A DNA stretch of 64,000 nucleotides from positions 1 through 64,000 of the forward strand of contig JAAILG010001083.1 in NCBI GenBank assembly GCA_012026655.1, in the 5' to 3' direction. The notes beneath the pieces are model-generated. The model searched no databases. It had not been told where the DNA came from and saw only the letters and a list, made by a program, of their open reading frames with translations. The position numbers were made by a program, and so were the translations under genes. This stretch comes from Hydrolagus affinis. Its lineage: Eukaryota. The number at the start of each line of letters is the position of its first letter. Position 1 is the first letter of the stretch. Shown piece after piece: positions 23,060 to 37,112 of the stretch.

Positions 23060-23235
23060 AAATAATAATCCTTGCATTTGATATAGTGCTTTTCATGTCT
23101 TCTAGACGTCTCAAATCGCCTCACAGAATATACTCTAAAGTGAATTAATTAGATATGTGTGGACAAAACATGGTAGCTAATCGCGCACAAGGGTGTCCCA
23201 CAAACAGTTGTGGATTGAAGTGATCTTTTGTTTGT
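23060..23235 (-). mobile_element. 5'-truncated tRNA-Deu SINE
   Basis: Tail and core, reversed. Confidence 0.85.
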
Positions 23236-24167
23236 TTTTCTCATTTAATCAGTACAGTGATAAACAGCTCCTCGTTCTGTAAAATCTTTCCTGTTGAAAA
23301 ATATTTCCTGGAAAAGAATTTGACAAATACTTGGAAACAGCCTGATCATGGCTTGCAACAAGGAGAGGGGCGTTCTGCCGAATGTGTCTCTACACATTGC
23401 TCTACCGGAGTACAGTAATCTTATTGCTACATACAAATATAGGTTCCTGTTTTACTTTTGCGATTGATTATATACACCACATGCAATTGCTAACTCGTGA
23501 AATGTTTCATTTCAATAAAACATTAATCGTGTTGTTCCGGGTGGTCTGATACAAATGTAAGATATCCTTCGTTTCAGGCACGCAGGTGTAATTCTAAAAG
23601 CTCTTTGATGCAAATCTCATGTTGATAGCGTGATAAGTGGTAAACGTATCATTGATGCAATGGAGAAGGGCTTTTGGATATGGAATTTGTACGTTCTAAT
23701 CTTCTCAAGTCGCTCCATTATCGTGGAGCTCATTCCTGCCCTGTTGGTACAGTAAACGCAGGTTTATTTGGTTAAATTACGTTGCGGAGTTGACAACAGC
23801 GACCTTTGTTCTGCTCATTTCCAATTTAATTATTACGCCTTGTTCTGAAGTGTTGTTTTAATGATTTCTAAAGATGAGCGTCTGATGTAAGAACAACTGT
23901 TATGGACGAACAGCTTCAACGCACAAAGAAAATGAACCAAACGCAGCATAAAATTGCACTAGATTAGAGTGTCTGCAGGATGTCAACAAAGGCTGGGAGA
24001 CCAGTCACCACTGTACTCAAACAAATCAGCACTGAACCATTATACTCATCAATGGGTTGGGTGTTATTATATTTCTATGTTATTTAAAAAAAAATCAAGT
24101 CAGCATTAAAACTTCACAATCAGTGAAGTGAACCACTGAATATTCTTAATGAATCCAAGGAGCAACA

Positions 24168-24330
24168 GTAATAATAATAATCCTTGCATTTGATATAGTG
24201 CTTTTTCACGTCTTCACAGAATGTACTGTAAAGTGAATTGACTGTATATTTGTGGGCGAAACGCGGCAGCCAATTGCGCACTGCAGTGTCCCATAAGCAT
24301 TCAGGAATTGAAATGACCAATTTTATTATT
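24168..24330 (-). mobile_element. 5'-truncated tRNA-Deu SINE
   Basis: Tail and core, reversed. Confidence 0.85.
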
Positions 24331-24361
24331 GCAAGTTAAAGCTCTCATTCTATTTCAATTT

Positions 24362-24630
24362 ATAGGAATATAGGAACAGGACATTCAGCCTTTCAAGCCA
24401 GTTACGCCATTTAAATAGATCATGGCTGTTCCGTACTTTTACAAATCCTTTCAATTCCAATTTCCCGCTTTCTACCTGTATTTCCTAATATCCTGACCTA
24501 CCAAAAAATTATCAAAATCACTCTTAAAGTAGGGGAGATTTGGGGGAAGAGAATTCCAGATCTCTACCACCCTTTGAGTGAATAAATGCTTCCTGATTTC
24601 ACTGCTAAATGACCGTTCGGTAGAAATGAG
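24362..24630 (-). mobile_element. CR1 LINE 3' fragment including the ORF2 C-terminus
   Basis: Translates to FSSEIRKHLFTQRVVEIWNSLP...FKSDFDNFL..QDIRKY, the CR1 ORF2 end motif, followed by an (ataggaat)-type tail. Confidence 0.85.
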
Positions 24631-27600
24631 AATTAACATTAACGACAACAACGGCCACAAAATTACATTTATAGAGCTCCTTTCACATCAGGAGGACATC
24701 CCAAGGTGCTGATGGAGACACAGTTGGATAGTGCGTGAGTTTATTTGGGTACAAAATGAACCAGCGTGTCCACCATTTGCTTATCTGAGTCTCTCAGTTG
24801 TGCGTGTAGTAACTTTGCATGTGGACTTGTGCCAAACCGTGTTTAACCTGAGTTCAGCATCATAACTTTGGCAGTCCACCAGTTTGATATTCATGGTCCA
24901 GGGGCTCAAAACAGTAAACGTTTGTTTTCTTGAGAAACAATCTTTTGATGTCAACCAACTCGATTGAATGCTTTGCTGCACTATTTGCTCGTTTGCAATG
25001 TTCTCCTTTCCTCCTCTACCGAAAGACCTGCAGTCTCTATCTAGTTAATCAAAGAGGAGAGGATAAGGTACAATATTGCGCTTACAGGGTGAAATCAACC
25101 TTGCCCTTCACAGCATTATCTGCCTCCGGTCTTCTAACTTGCCTTGTTTGTACTCTTAAAGTTTGTAACATTTCCTTTCCCCAACTCCATGTTTGCTCCA
25201 CGATCCTTATTCTCCGCCAGGCAACACATAAATGCAAGTGATACAAACACTGCTTGGGGTTTCTTTGCTGCTAACACCCGAATGATGTTTGTCTACTGGT
25301 CTATCTCATTTCAAATTCACGGCATCAATAATTTTACATTTAATATTATGAAAAAAAACAATAACTCCATCACTCAATCCCATGTTTATTCTCTGTAACT
25401 AAAATATGCTAATTACCAATCATTGCATTTCTTTAATAGTTTTCTCAATTTGCAACACTCTAATCTAACTTGGTGACTTGCCTCCCTCAGCATTAACATC
25501 TTGTTTAGATTATTTCAATGATAAGTTGCCAAAATTCTTCGGAGAAAAAGTCGCAAAGTAGAATTTTTTTTAAAACAAAATTCAAAAAGTGGCATTCAAA
25601 GGCTATTTGTGTACACAACAGCAGTTTCTGTGGTGACCTATTTCATTCAATAGGATTGAAAATCTTGTTCCACCAATCTAGTTTTTTTTTACTATTATTG
25701 ACAACAAAACTAACATTGAAGAAATTATCCCACCTCACTCACACTTGCAAATGGATATGATGATTGATGTTCACTGGAAATCTTGTACTGACCACAGCAA
25801 TAGACACCGTGAGACAGCTCTGAAGGTTGAATCTTGGCGTTCCTCTTCTGCACAGTGGGGTAGTGGTTGAGGTTAGGCCAGGGTAAAGTCGTGGCTCGTT
25901 TGTTTGGAAACTTCACACCAGACATTTCTGTTTGTTTGTGTGTCCAGCTTTCAGAAGTAGCGGCTTGATTTCAACGAAACAACAAACCCCTGGCTTAATA
26001 TTCTACGGCACTCTATCAACCTAGGACCCAGGAACAAAATCCTCTGCTTCAGGGAAACTCCAAACTATTTGTAACTTCATCTCCTCTGAATGGAAATCAG
26101 GGTTTCGCACATTTGCCCCTCCCCCCCAAGGTAAGACTCCAGGCTCAAGGGTTATTGTGGCTGCCGAAGAAACGATTTTGCATTGATTCCAAGTGTTGTA
26201 AGAATGGCTGTTACTTCGAAAGTAAACAAGAGAGTGGAAAAAACTCTTCTTGAATCAATAAATAGGTTCCAAGTGCACTGAGAAGGGTTCTCTCCTCGCT
26301 CATCTGTGCTGCTGGAGTACCAGCGCGTAAGAGTATCAGTTTTTATTCTGCGGCTACAACCTATACAGACAGTCCCCCCAAATGTTGTAATCTCAGCAGC
26401 CACAGCCCAGGGCAGAGTGAAACTCCTTCAGGCAGAACTCAAGAGGATCAAATGTATGTAAACAGTTTCCACATACGGGTGATAGGAAGCACTCTGGTGA
26501 CACAAACAAGTTCGTAGATGCTGGCTGGCTGGCTGAGACATAAGTACACTCAGAGAATAATATCCAGTTTAATCACTGCGCTGACATTTTATCACAGGGG
26601 CTTCAATTCCTGCACTTTCCTGTGCTCAACTCACAATCAGAATAACAGTCGTCAACAATCTACCCTGAATGCAGAATAAGAATAAAACAAGCTCTCTTGC
26701 AAAGCTATGCCCTTTTTTTCCAAAAAAAAAGCCATGTATCACTGCGACTTTACACTGGACATCGAGACAGAAGCAATGCCTTGTATCTGGACAGGGGATG
26801 GCTAACGTATTGTTCCTTAACTGAAGTGAACTGCGTTAGCAATCTTCCCAGAATTAGTTCAAAACCCGACTACATTGATTTCTTACGCTATGGATTTTGG
26901 TTTTAGCGGCTGAACTTAAATCTCACGCTCTTCTTTGCAAAGAAAGGAAAACGCTCTTTCCGTCACGACGAGAAATCTGGGAAATTAAATGAGTTCAGTC
27001 CAATTAAGAAATCCCTGTGGCAACTCACTTCACCCCCCAAAAAAAAAATCTGTGATGCCTTAAAACTCTCATTGAGCAATATCCAGCTAAACAAAGAAAA
27101 CAGACCTTGCTGATTAGTTGCATTCATTTCATATTTCTCTTCCTTTTAACCTTTCGAAAGCAATAGAATAAATCTGTTAAAGCAGATCATCAGTGGTCTG
27201 TTGAACAGGTTTTTTTTTGCTGGGAGATTTTTTTTCAGACCAAAGGTATTTTTTTAATAGTATAACAGTACTAAATAAACAGTGACTTGATGGCAGATTT
27301 CAGTATTTATCATGCTTAAGTGTCAAATAAGATTCAGGGCTCATTTAACCAATCACTACAATTGTCTGCTGAGAGATGGAGATTGCAGAACAGTAGGTGA
27401 CAAACTCCACCTGGTTCTCGATTGATTCTATTTCTATATGTGCTCTTTAGAGCAAATTAAGGCAAATTCTTAAGTAGAGCTGTCGTGGTGAAACTCTGTT
27501 CTATAAGTTCCTTTAAGAACTCCATCCATAAAGCTGGCTTTACAATTCAATGATATGCCAGATTCTGGTTGCACTGAAATGCACTCAAATGCTGTACAAA

Positions 27601-27659
27601 CAAGAATCCAAGAAGCCCTTAAGCTCTGCTGTTAACAAACTGTTATCCATGCGCCGAAG

Positions 27660-27803
27660 TAATAGTAATAATAATAATCCTTGCATTTGATATAGGGGCA
27701 TGTCACATCTTTGAGACGTCTCAAAGCGTTTCATAGAATATTCTGTGGACTGAACTGACTGCATATTTCGTGGACAAAACAGGGCAGCCAATTGCGCACA
27801 GCA
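27660..27803 (-). mobile_element. SINE tail and partial core
   Basis: aataatccttgcatttgatatag...ggcagccaattgcgcacagcag. Confidence 0.85.
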
Positions 27804-28137
27804 GTAGTAAATCATTTGCAAATTAGTCCACAATTTTTGACTGATGGTAGTACATCTTGACTTACCGAGTGCTACAAAACTCCCAATTAAATATATTAAT
27901 AGCACAGGACACAAACACAATGCTCTTCCTGACACTGTCAGTTGCTATTTTTATTACTTGTAATATGGCATATTATTTTAAAATTGTATAGAGACTCAAT
28001 TAACCTTCCTGACATTTCTCCTGAGGAAAAGCATATTGGATTATGTTTCTATTCATCTAGAAGACTGGTTTTGACAGGACTCCCTCCCCACTCCAGCCCC
28101 CCTCCCACCACCCACTCACTCACCCCACCCCCTATTA

Positions 28138-28464
28138 GGACTTCCTGTGGCTTAGTGGTTAGAGCACTTGTCTTGCAAACTGGGGAGACCTGTGTTCGAA
28201 TCCAGGCAGGTCAGGGCGAAACCTTGGGCAAGTTTCCCTACTCCACACGCCTAGAAATAATCCGTCCAAAAAAAACAAACCACAATAATAAAATTGGTCA
28301 TTTCAATCCACGACTGTTTGTGGGACACTGCTGTGCGCAATTGGCTGCCTCGATTCGCCCACAAATATACAGTCAATTCACTTTACAGTATATTCTGTGA
28401 AGCGCTTTGGGACGTCGATAACATGTGAAAAGCGCTACATCAAATGCAAGGATTATTATTATTA
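28138..28464 (+). mobile_element. Full-length tRNA-Deu SINE
   Basis: A and B boxes, core and tail. Confidence 0.92.
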
Positions 28465-30944
28465 CATCGGCATTGCAAATAGGTTGGAAATAAATAAGTG
28501 CATTTCCAGACAACAAACGGGAATTCTAGAGACAAGAAGCCACAAACAACCTAGAATGTCAAACAATTTGCAACACAGGTTCGACAGACTTTGTCAATCA
28601 ACTCCATCATTGAGTCATTGCACAAATATACTTGTACAAAACTGCAAAGGAAAATTCCATGGGAAAACCTTAGGCCTGCCAGCGCATCCCGCTGAAGCTT
28701 CCAGACACATCCGCTCAGTTACAACCTTTCAAGAGTAAGGCTATCAACACATTATGAGACGATTGTAATACGGCTGCGGTCATGGGGTGATTAATGGGGC
28801 AGCGTAGAGGGCACAAGGGAGCAAGGTGACCTTCAATGCAACCACTGAAAACCATACCGGTTTGTGAGTGAAAGAACTTGCGATTTATTCCCCACAAAAA
28901 AATCATTGAACAACATAAAAAAAGGATCAAACAACTTTTTTTTCCCCCCACCCAAAACTGGAATTAACTTAAAACTGCCACTGAAAGTTCCAGTGACCTT
29001 TTTTTTTGTGTGGGGTTGTGTGAATTGAGCATTGGCCCTTAAGATTGATTTCCAAGGTTACAAACAAACAAGACCAAAAGGAGCTATACAGATGAAAATC
29101 ACTAACTGGAGGGTAAAAGGTAGGTTTGATGATTTTGGCCCATGTATCAACAAAATTCACTTTACTCAGACAGCGTCTTTCTAACATTGCCTTGTCACTG
29201 AGTGAAAAGTACTTATCACATATCTGAGTGTCTCCAGTATTTCCCAAACATAGGATACCAAACATACTGTACTTATCTGCCTTGGAAGCTCTTGTCACCC
29301 GTCTGCCAATTAGGTCATTTGCTAAATGAATAAAATGCTAATGTGCCCCGGGGGGAAAAAGGAAAATACAGTCAGCGGTATCACTGTCTTGGAATTTAAA
29401 CCCTTTTTGTACAACTCAAGTCTGCAACGCACCACATGAGATGACATTAGAGGCAAAGGGATAATTGATTGTGCAGCAAAACAATGTTCTCCCTTTCACC
29501 TTCTACCCCTGAAGGTGGTGAGTCACGCTCCGTTCGAATGGATCCGTGGGCATGAGCAGCGCTTCAGCACCTCGCCCGAGCAGGCGTTCTTCATCTGTGT
29601 GGGCCTGTCAACATACGCTTCCAGTCTATTTTGCCATAGGGGAGGAGGGCCTGATAGCCAAACTATCCCTCTGATTTCAGTTGATAACCACAGGCGAGCT
29701 GTTGCGATGAAGTTTGCAAGATCGCAGTCAGGAGGGAAACCGCCTGCTGTTTCCACTCCGTCTCTAGATTCTCAATCGCTCCACGCACAGGCTGTCTCCA
29801 TCTCAACAACGGATAGACAACCCACTGGCAGGCATCTGGCAGTAACTGCTCGCTAAGTAAGTTGTGAGCCCAGCTCAGCGGGGACACTTTTACTCTTGTT
29901 GGATGTGCCTGGACTTTGTTTGGGAAACTCCTCGGGGTAGTTTCAGAAGACTTGAACCAGAGCTCACAAAGTGCATCCTTCCTCTGGCAGACAGTAGTGT
30001 CTTATTTTACACGCTTTCTTTAACAGCCTATTTCTTTGGCAAGAACTTTTACCGCACGTCCAAAACTCTACCTCACACTACTGCCTAGTGGGTGTGACAC
30101 ACCTCGATCATGGAGAGGTGAGGCACTTTATAATAATAATAATCATAATCCTTGGACAAGGTGCCTCGACTCTCCACTTTCTCAGTTTTCATTCTTTCCA
30201 CGTCTGCAAAATCCCTTTGGGAAATTCGACCGTGTAGATGCACAACTTAATGGCATGCACCTGGCCCATTACAAAGGGCTTTTTTCAACACTCGTGCTCT
30301 CATGCTTACAAAGAAAACACTCAGGGATCACTGAGGAATAACAGCAACGACAACACTTTTGTAACCAAACAAAAACAAACGATCACTCGCAGAGGCACTC
30401 GGTGCCAAGAAAAACTCACACACACGAAACGAAAGCTTTTGCCTCCAGACAGGGTGATGAGAGGTAACAAGCAAAGTCGCTCGTTTGCTCCTGCTAACAA
30501 CCCGTGAAGTGGTTTTGGAGAATATATATACAGCACAGACCATGCATTGAGAAAACACCTGAGAAAGGAATGCTGGATTATACCCTCCCCACTTTTGTCT
30601 GACAAGCCAGGAATGTGTCGCCAACATTACAAAGGTGTAAACATTAAGATTCGATATTGAAACACAGCAATGTCTGTTGTAAAACAATGGCTCTTACATT
30701 TAGTCGCAGTTCAATGCAGTGACTTTGGCACATTTCACAACTTGTAACTTTATCTCTCAGTGAGACGATCAGGACACAATGGAAACCTTTGCTTCTTTTT
30801 ACACTTGACCTGTGAATCCATTGCCTACTTGAAGTGATGTTCCACATCTAAACATGGGGTAGGGAAGCCCACGGTGCAGATTAAACCCCATTAGAAGGAG
30901 CAACACAACCCTGACCATTAACCTTGACCATTAACACACGCAAG

Positions 30945-30971
30945 CAACGCACACACACACACACACACACA
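30945..30971. repeat. (CA)n microsatellite
   Basis: Directly visible. Reads (UG)n in the pre-mRNA just downstream of a donor. Confidence 0.9.
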
Positions 30972-30998
30972 GCCAAAAGAACAGTAATGTTCACTCAC

Positions 30999-31073
30999 AT
31001 TAGCAGACAGCTGAGTTGTAAGTGCTGCCACTTTCTCCTGGGAAATGTCCAATTCTCGTCGAAGTTTGCGGAT
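30999..31073 (-). CDS. NAV2: NAV2 exon IRKLRRELDISQEKVAALTTQLSAN (coiled coil)
   Basis: tctgcag acceptor, AAT|gtgagt donor, 75 nt. Confidence 0.95.
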
Positions 31074-31216
31074 CTGCAGAAATGAAATGTCACCAAACAT
31101 TTGTGAAACCCCCATTGCGTTGTAAATGTAAAACGCTTCCGAAACAAAATTTACACTCCTTTTCTTCTGCCCTCCCACCCCCGAAAAGTTTGGTTCACAT
31201 AAAAAAACATACTAAC

Positions 31217-31240
31217 CTCCGACTGAGATTTTTCCTCAGG
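31217..31240 (-). CDS. NAV2: NAV2 24-nt microexon PEEKSQSE
   Basis: Long pyrimidine tract ending ttttacag, GAG|gttagt donor. Matches NAV2 PEEKCQSE as recalled. Confidence 0.92.
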
Positions 31241-34200
31241 CTGTAAAAAAGAGAGAGAAAAGGAGAAAGTTAGTTTTTCAAAAGGACCAGACACGCTAAA
31301 ATAAGATTGCGAAGTATTAACTCAATAAAAATCAATGCTGCCATAAACAGCAGGTTATTCAACAGTTAAACACGTCAGCATTTGGTTACATTGAGAAGAC
31401 CATTTGATGTCACCATTTATTTGGGGTATGGTTCATCTTAGATGCCAACAACTAACAATGGATATGGCCCTCATGTTTTGAGAGAAATCAGAGGTCGAAA
31501 CAGCCACTTAGCCACTTACAAGAGATGAACTTGAACATTTGTGTTGAATTTACTAAATAAAATATAAAGTACGCATTTCAAAAATAAAAAAAATCTGAGA
31601 GATCGCAAGACAGTTTCAAAACTTTCAATGACCCAACGTATCTAATAAGCACACATTTGTGCTCTAACTTAAATTAATTCCCTATTTCAGGATAAACATG
31701 GGCACAGTGCCAGTGTTCTCTGCAGAACATCCCTCCAATTAGGATTGGGCAACTGTGTTTTCGCAGAATAACAAAATAAGGAAAATTACAAGCGCATTCA
31801 AATTAATGGTTTTGCTTCAGGCAATTAATTCTCTCATCAGCCTACGAACAACATTGCCGTATTTGGGTTTGAATAAAATCCCCAGTATTCGACTGCCAAC
31901 AGAACTGGACTCTCGAAAGACAGTCCAGCTGACAGCCAGAGGCCGTGTTCAGTCTTAAAGCTGACAACGCTGCATAATAGCCCAATTCGTATGAAACAAC
32001 CGCACACAGGTAGGATTTCATGTCCATACAGTGCAAGAACCCACACTCGCCTACGCTGTAGCTTCAAGCATAGTCACCTCTGAAGATCCAGCTGTTTTGA
32101 ATTTAAAAATACGCGATCGGTAAACAAATGCATCGATGGAAAAACAAGCCTTGTTTAGAAAGGCCGCAATTTAAATGGGATTCGGATCGAGCCTTGGTGG
32201 ACACAAAGAGCTGATTTGAATGCTGGTCTGTCTCCAGCAATGTTTTGCCCCAGAGTGTATGCGTGACTACAAATCTGACACACGACGCTACAGCAGCAGG
32301 TCATGGCTGAACGAACAGGTCCGTTTATGACACGTTCACAGATCAGACTCAATTTGTATTCATAACATCGTGAGTTCGAATCATAGATGCAAACACGGGA
32401 TTTGGGAGTTTTTAAATTGAGTTGCGAATGTTTTTTTTAAAAAAATTGAGCTGCTGTTTTGCATGCACACTTGGTTCAGCACCACATCATATTCATTTAA
32501 AGAAGTATTTGCTTGATTAATTCCCCCGGTGGCAACCAAAGCATCAATAGAGTATGTCAGAACTGACAGGAAAATCTAGCTACTCGATCATTTATGAAAC
32601 AAAAATGATGAACTGATACCTTTATTGTTCCAACCGAGATCTGTAATGAGGAAACTCCATTGTAAATAAATGTCAAAACTGGTTTTGTACCTCATCACTT
32701 TGCTAAGAGATTTCTCTCTCTCTTCATTTAAACAGCAAAATCAAATCCGCGGTAATTCTGCCACAAACAAAACACGTTTTATTGTTTTAGTTACCCCATT
32801 CTTAATTTTTTTTTACACACACACACACGTAATGATTAACTGAGCTTCCTCATTACAGACATCAGTCGTAACAATTCAGGTATCAGTGAGTCATTTGTAC
32901 ATTTCTTCACATATGACAGAGTGCCTCGAAATCCCTGTCTATGTTGCTGTTAATGTGCTAATTGTTGCTATGTTTTAGTGTAATAATAGTAAAACTAATC
33001 AGGATTATGCAAATGCTTTGGTGTCTACCGGTTTTCACTCTCTAATTCCTACTATAGTAGAAATGACTGACAACATAATCTATGTATGAACACCTCTTTG
33101 CTGGAAGAAAGAATCAAGCCCTTTTGACTTGTATAACAATGTTCGGATTGGGTTTGTTACCCGGAGTTAAAACATATAGAGTAAAGAAGATTTGAGGGAG
33201 GACTTCAAATTCCATGAGTGAACGCTCAATTTCTAATCATAGAATCATAGAATCATTTGGGGTTCGATTATGGCTATTTGTACAAATGAGCCGTGTGATA
33301 ATGGTCATGAGCTGACGATAATGACAACATGTCTTCTTGTGTTTCTCGACTCTATTTCCTTGCCTAAAAGCAACGGGGAAGATAGAAAAATAACAGTCTG
33401 CCAAGTGCTTGGGCAGAAAAACAACACATCCGCAACAACATGCAGGCAAATGATCAAAGCAGATTAGAGGACTCAATTTATTGATGCTATAACAAACGTC
33501 CCCGATTTAATCAATTTTTGCCACCGAAATAGACCCTGCAGGGAATGAACGAGAGTCCTTTAGAACCACGCCAGGCAAACTGGCATACAGTACAAACAAA
33601 AACATTTCATTGAGCAACTACACTAAGTCACAATGACAGCACTCGTTGTTGTACCTGATCTTTAACATTCAGTTCAGTTTCTCACACAGATAACAAAACC
33701 TCCACATGTCTGCTTCAGTTCTCATTCTCCCTCCCAAATAAAAATCTGCTGAGCACTTAAATCTAATAACTATACATAAAAGGAGCAAACACAAGCAAAG
33801 TACTGTTATCAAATCTAATTTACTACTTTTTCCATCATGTTCACTTCAGATCAATTAATTCAGGCAGGAGCAGGAGCCTTGTTTTCTGCGTCCAGTGGGG
33901 CAGAAACTCAAATCAAATGGGACAAAAAAACAACAAATCTTGTGATGATATTTCTCATGTATTCACTCTGCCTCGGACTTTATATCAAAGATTGAAAGGC
34001 AGAAACAACCACGTTAACAGTACTAATTCATCCCCCAAATAATTAAACTAAAAGGGCATAGGGACACAATTAATTGTCCGATGATTTCTTAACAATAAGC
34101 ACATTCTACACAGACAGACATTTTGGAGTTTGATACATTTAATATAGATTATCAAATGTTTCATGTATATAAGAATCGTTGGCTTCATTTTATCACTATC

Positions 34201-34803
34201 ACCAAAGGAAACCCTTAAGTAGATTTTTTTTTACCTTCCAACTCTAACACCAACAAGCTCTAAATCCATCATAAGCTTGAAAAAAATGCTGCACTATTAA
34301 CCTACCATCAGCTCCCTCGATCTGAGAGTCCTTGTGAGCATCATGGTTGCTATCCTGCTGATACTGTTTGTTTAACCAGCGTCACTGATGTGATAGAAAT
34401 TGTTCAGGAGAATGAACTCCAGGAAACAAGCACCTGCATACGCTCTCAGATGTCTGTAGACCTGAGTGGGCTTTGAATTTTATTGGACCGACAATATTGT
34501 CGCTATGTCAGTCGAGATACTCGAACGAGCTTCTGTGTAACCAACGACTACATTGACCCAACATGGGTGTGGCTACCACTAAGTGCACACAATGTATACA
34601 TCAAACCCAATCAGTATGTATTGAGGCCATTTGATACTCTGCTTGTGAGTGGGATACTGCATCGATTGTAAACGTACGTATCTAAGTCGGTCCGTCTCTC
34701 CCCATCAAGGAATGAATTTCTGGAATAGTTCGGTCGTCACGAGACAAGTTTTTTTTTAACACCAATAATATTTATTCTGTTAAATATCAATTGAAACAGT
34801 ATT

Positions 34804-35088
34804 GTGGAGTCCTGTAGCTCAGTGGTTAGAGCACTCGCCTTACAAGCGAGAGACCTGGGTTCAATTTCCACAGGGCAAACCTAATAATCCCTCAAAAAAA
34901 ACAATAATTTGGTCATTTCAATCTACGACTTTTTGTTGAACACTGCTATGCGCAAATGGCTGCCACATTTTACCCATAAATATATATTCAATTCACTTTA
35001 AAAGTATATTCTGTAAAGCGCTTTGAAACATCTGGAAGATGTGAAAAGCGCTACATCAAATGCAAGGATTATTACTGATAATATTATT
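34804..35088 (+). mobile_element. Near full-length tRNA-Deu SINE
   Basis: gtggagtcctgtagctcagtggttagagcactcgccttacaagcgagagacctgggttcaa...caaatgcaaggattatt. Confidence 0.92.
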
Positions 35089-35383
35089 GTAAAATCTATG
35101 TGCAAAAGTTCCCTTTTCAACCTATTGACAAGATAATTGCTGGGCGTGTGCAGTTGTGCTCGGAAGCAAAATTAAAAGATTTCTTCAAAAAAAAAACCTA
35201 TAATTTCTGATTCTGCACTGAAGCCAGAGGAGGAAAGGAACAGAAAGATCAAAGCTTCAAAAAAGCTCACGAAACAGAAAGGGGTTAGGCATATTCTGTA
35301 TCCACGCTCATTATTCACTTTAAACACTATCTGTCTGTAGGAGAAAGGGATCAAACAAACATGCTTGAATTGTAGGCACTTAC

Positions 35384-35436
35384 TGTTGAGTAAATGGAGG
35401 ATGTGCTGGAGACCAGAGACAGAGATGACCCATGAA
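35384..35436 (-). CDS. NAV2: NAV2 53-nt exon (V)HGSSLSLVSSTSSIYST
   Basis: ctccacag acceptor, ACA|gtaagt donor, phase 1 to 0. Confidence 0.93.
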
Positions 35437-36924
35437 CTGTGGAGGATTCCAGGTTCCAAGGAAATTAGGAAACAAAAAGAGAGGGTAGAAAATGCATTAG
35501 TCAAATCAAACCATGTACGGAGAAATGTTCAATCTGGTAACTCTTTCGTGCTCAGCCAAAGTCAATATTTTAAGCTGTTACTATTTAGTTAACAGATCAG
35601 AAATGTCATCAAACAGCTTTTCTGGTTCAATACTAATTACCTGAGCCATTAATGATATGTATTTACAAAAAAGTGAGTGTGGACTTGCTCCCAGCTTGTG
35701 CATAAATCGTTTCGCGTCACTCAATACTTAAGATTCACAATTGCGTATGTACACAAAGATAGGTATCTATTCAAAGAAGTCTGCAATTCATCCTGTTCTC
35801 AACTGGCTTATTACTTGGATATTGTGCAATGTGACCAACCCACAGTACTGTACAAGTGAAAACCTGTAGATACTCCTACACCATCATTTCAAAGAATATC
35901 TGGCAGCTGTATCAATAAATTGAGTGATGCAAAATCAGATTGCGAAGGAGATTCAACGAAGGTTAAGGTTTCAGGTGTGAATCACTGACTTGTAAAAGTT
36001 GTGATCCCACAGTCAATTGCAATTGAAATCCTTCTTTAAATCAAACCCAAATTGTGCGACACAGGAATATCAAGCGCAGTTACCCAACGCTCAGTCAAGA
36101 GAAAAGTGACTCTATTTTTTAAAACGTTCTGGGTTTCAGTATGTTACAAATTTGAGCGGGTTGAATTATTCAACACAAAAATACAGTTGGATATTTATCT
36201 TTCTACTTCATTTCCCAAAACAAGAACAATATGTGCAATCAACTGCTAGGAAGGTGGAACACGCACTAGATGAAATTTGGTCTTTATATTCACATAGCAT
36301 TTCTTTAGTTGTTCCGAATATGTGCATTCAGAATATCGAGCGACACGTTTGCGGCTGCTCAGCTCTGTTCCCAGTTGAAGTTGAAGTGCGTGTATAAACA
36401 ACGGAAGTCACGGGGTGAGCAGGTACAAAAACGGTCATTATTCCACGAAAAAAAACGTGCCTCTGTCAACGTTTATGAAGCACAGTTGCTTTGAAACGTA
36501 AGCGGTTGTTAGCATGCGGGGAACTCTTCTACAGATACAATTGGCCTACTTAGAAGGGATTTCTTCCTGGAGGAAAATGAGAGCGGCAGTAATAGATCAA
36601 GTTTTTCCACCAGTCTGACTGCCCGAGCCTCCCACTCCTCTGTGCGCTTCCAGCACACACTGGCACCAAGTCATCCCCAGCCACCCACTGTCTGGACGCT
36701 TTGATTGAAAAGAGCATCTACTTTTTTGAAAAGGGAAAACACTGTGAATGTGCTCATTGCTTTTTAAAATATATATATTTTTTAAAAGAATTTTGAACAC
36801 TTCACCTGTGCTAATACACCATTGCGTCAGTCTCGCTCAAGAGACAACAGTATTGATAAAATGCTGGGGAAAGCTTTGCTGCACACCCAACGCATCTTAG
36901 AATAAATAAACAACAAGTTTGCCT

Positions 36925-37112
36925 GTAACAACAACAACTTGCATTTATATAGCACCCCTCATGCTGGCAGGTGTCCTGGAGCCCTTGACAGTGGCAAGCC
37001 AAACCAAATATACGTTTCGCCCACAAATATACAATCAATTCACTTTACAGTATATTCGGTGAAGCGCTTTGCAACGTCGATAAGATGTGAAAAGCACTAT
37101 ATCAAATGCAAG
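36925..37112. mobile_element. L2-type tail (-, 36925-36990) next to a SINE tail (+, 37012-37112)
   Basis: aacaacaacttgcatttatatagcacc, then cgtttcgcccacaaatatac...tcaaatgcaag. Confidence 0.75.

Noticed and set aside
27942-28738. 152-aa and 113-aa ORFs and many similar short peptides (FAHKYTVNSL, IYSQFTLQYIL)
   Set aside because: Translations of the SINE consensus, not a gene family or array.
29523-29756. GC-richer intronic ORF with a phase-0 GAG|gtgctg
   Set aside because: Weak donor, GTG start, no supporting homology. It may be regulatory DNA but this cannot be shown from sequence.
34804-34880. tRNA-Val(TAC)-like sequence (also at the heads of the other full SINE copies)
   Set aside because: No complete acceptor stem, and always fused to the SINE body. 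These are SINE heads, not tRNA genes.
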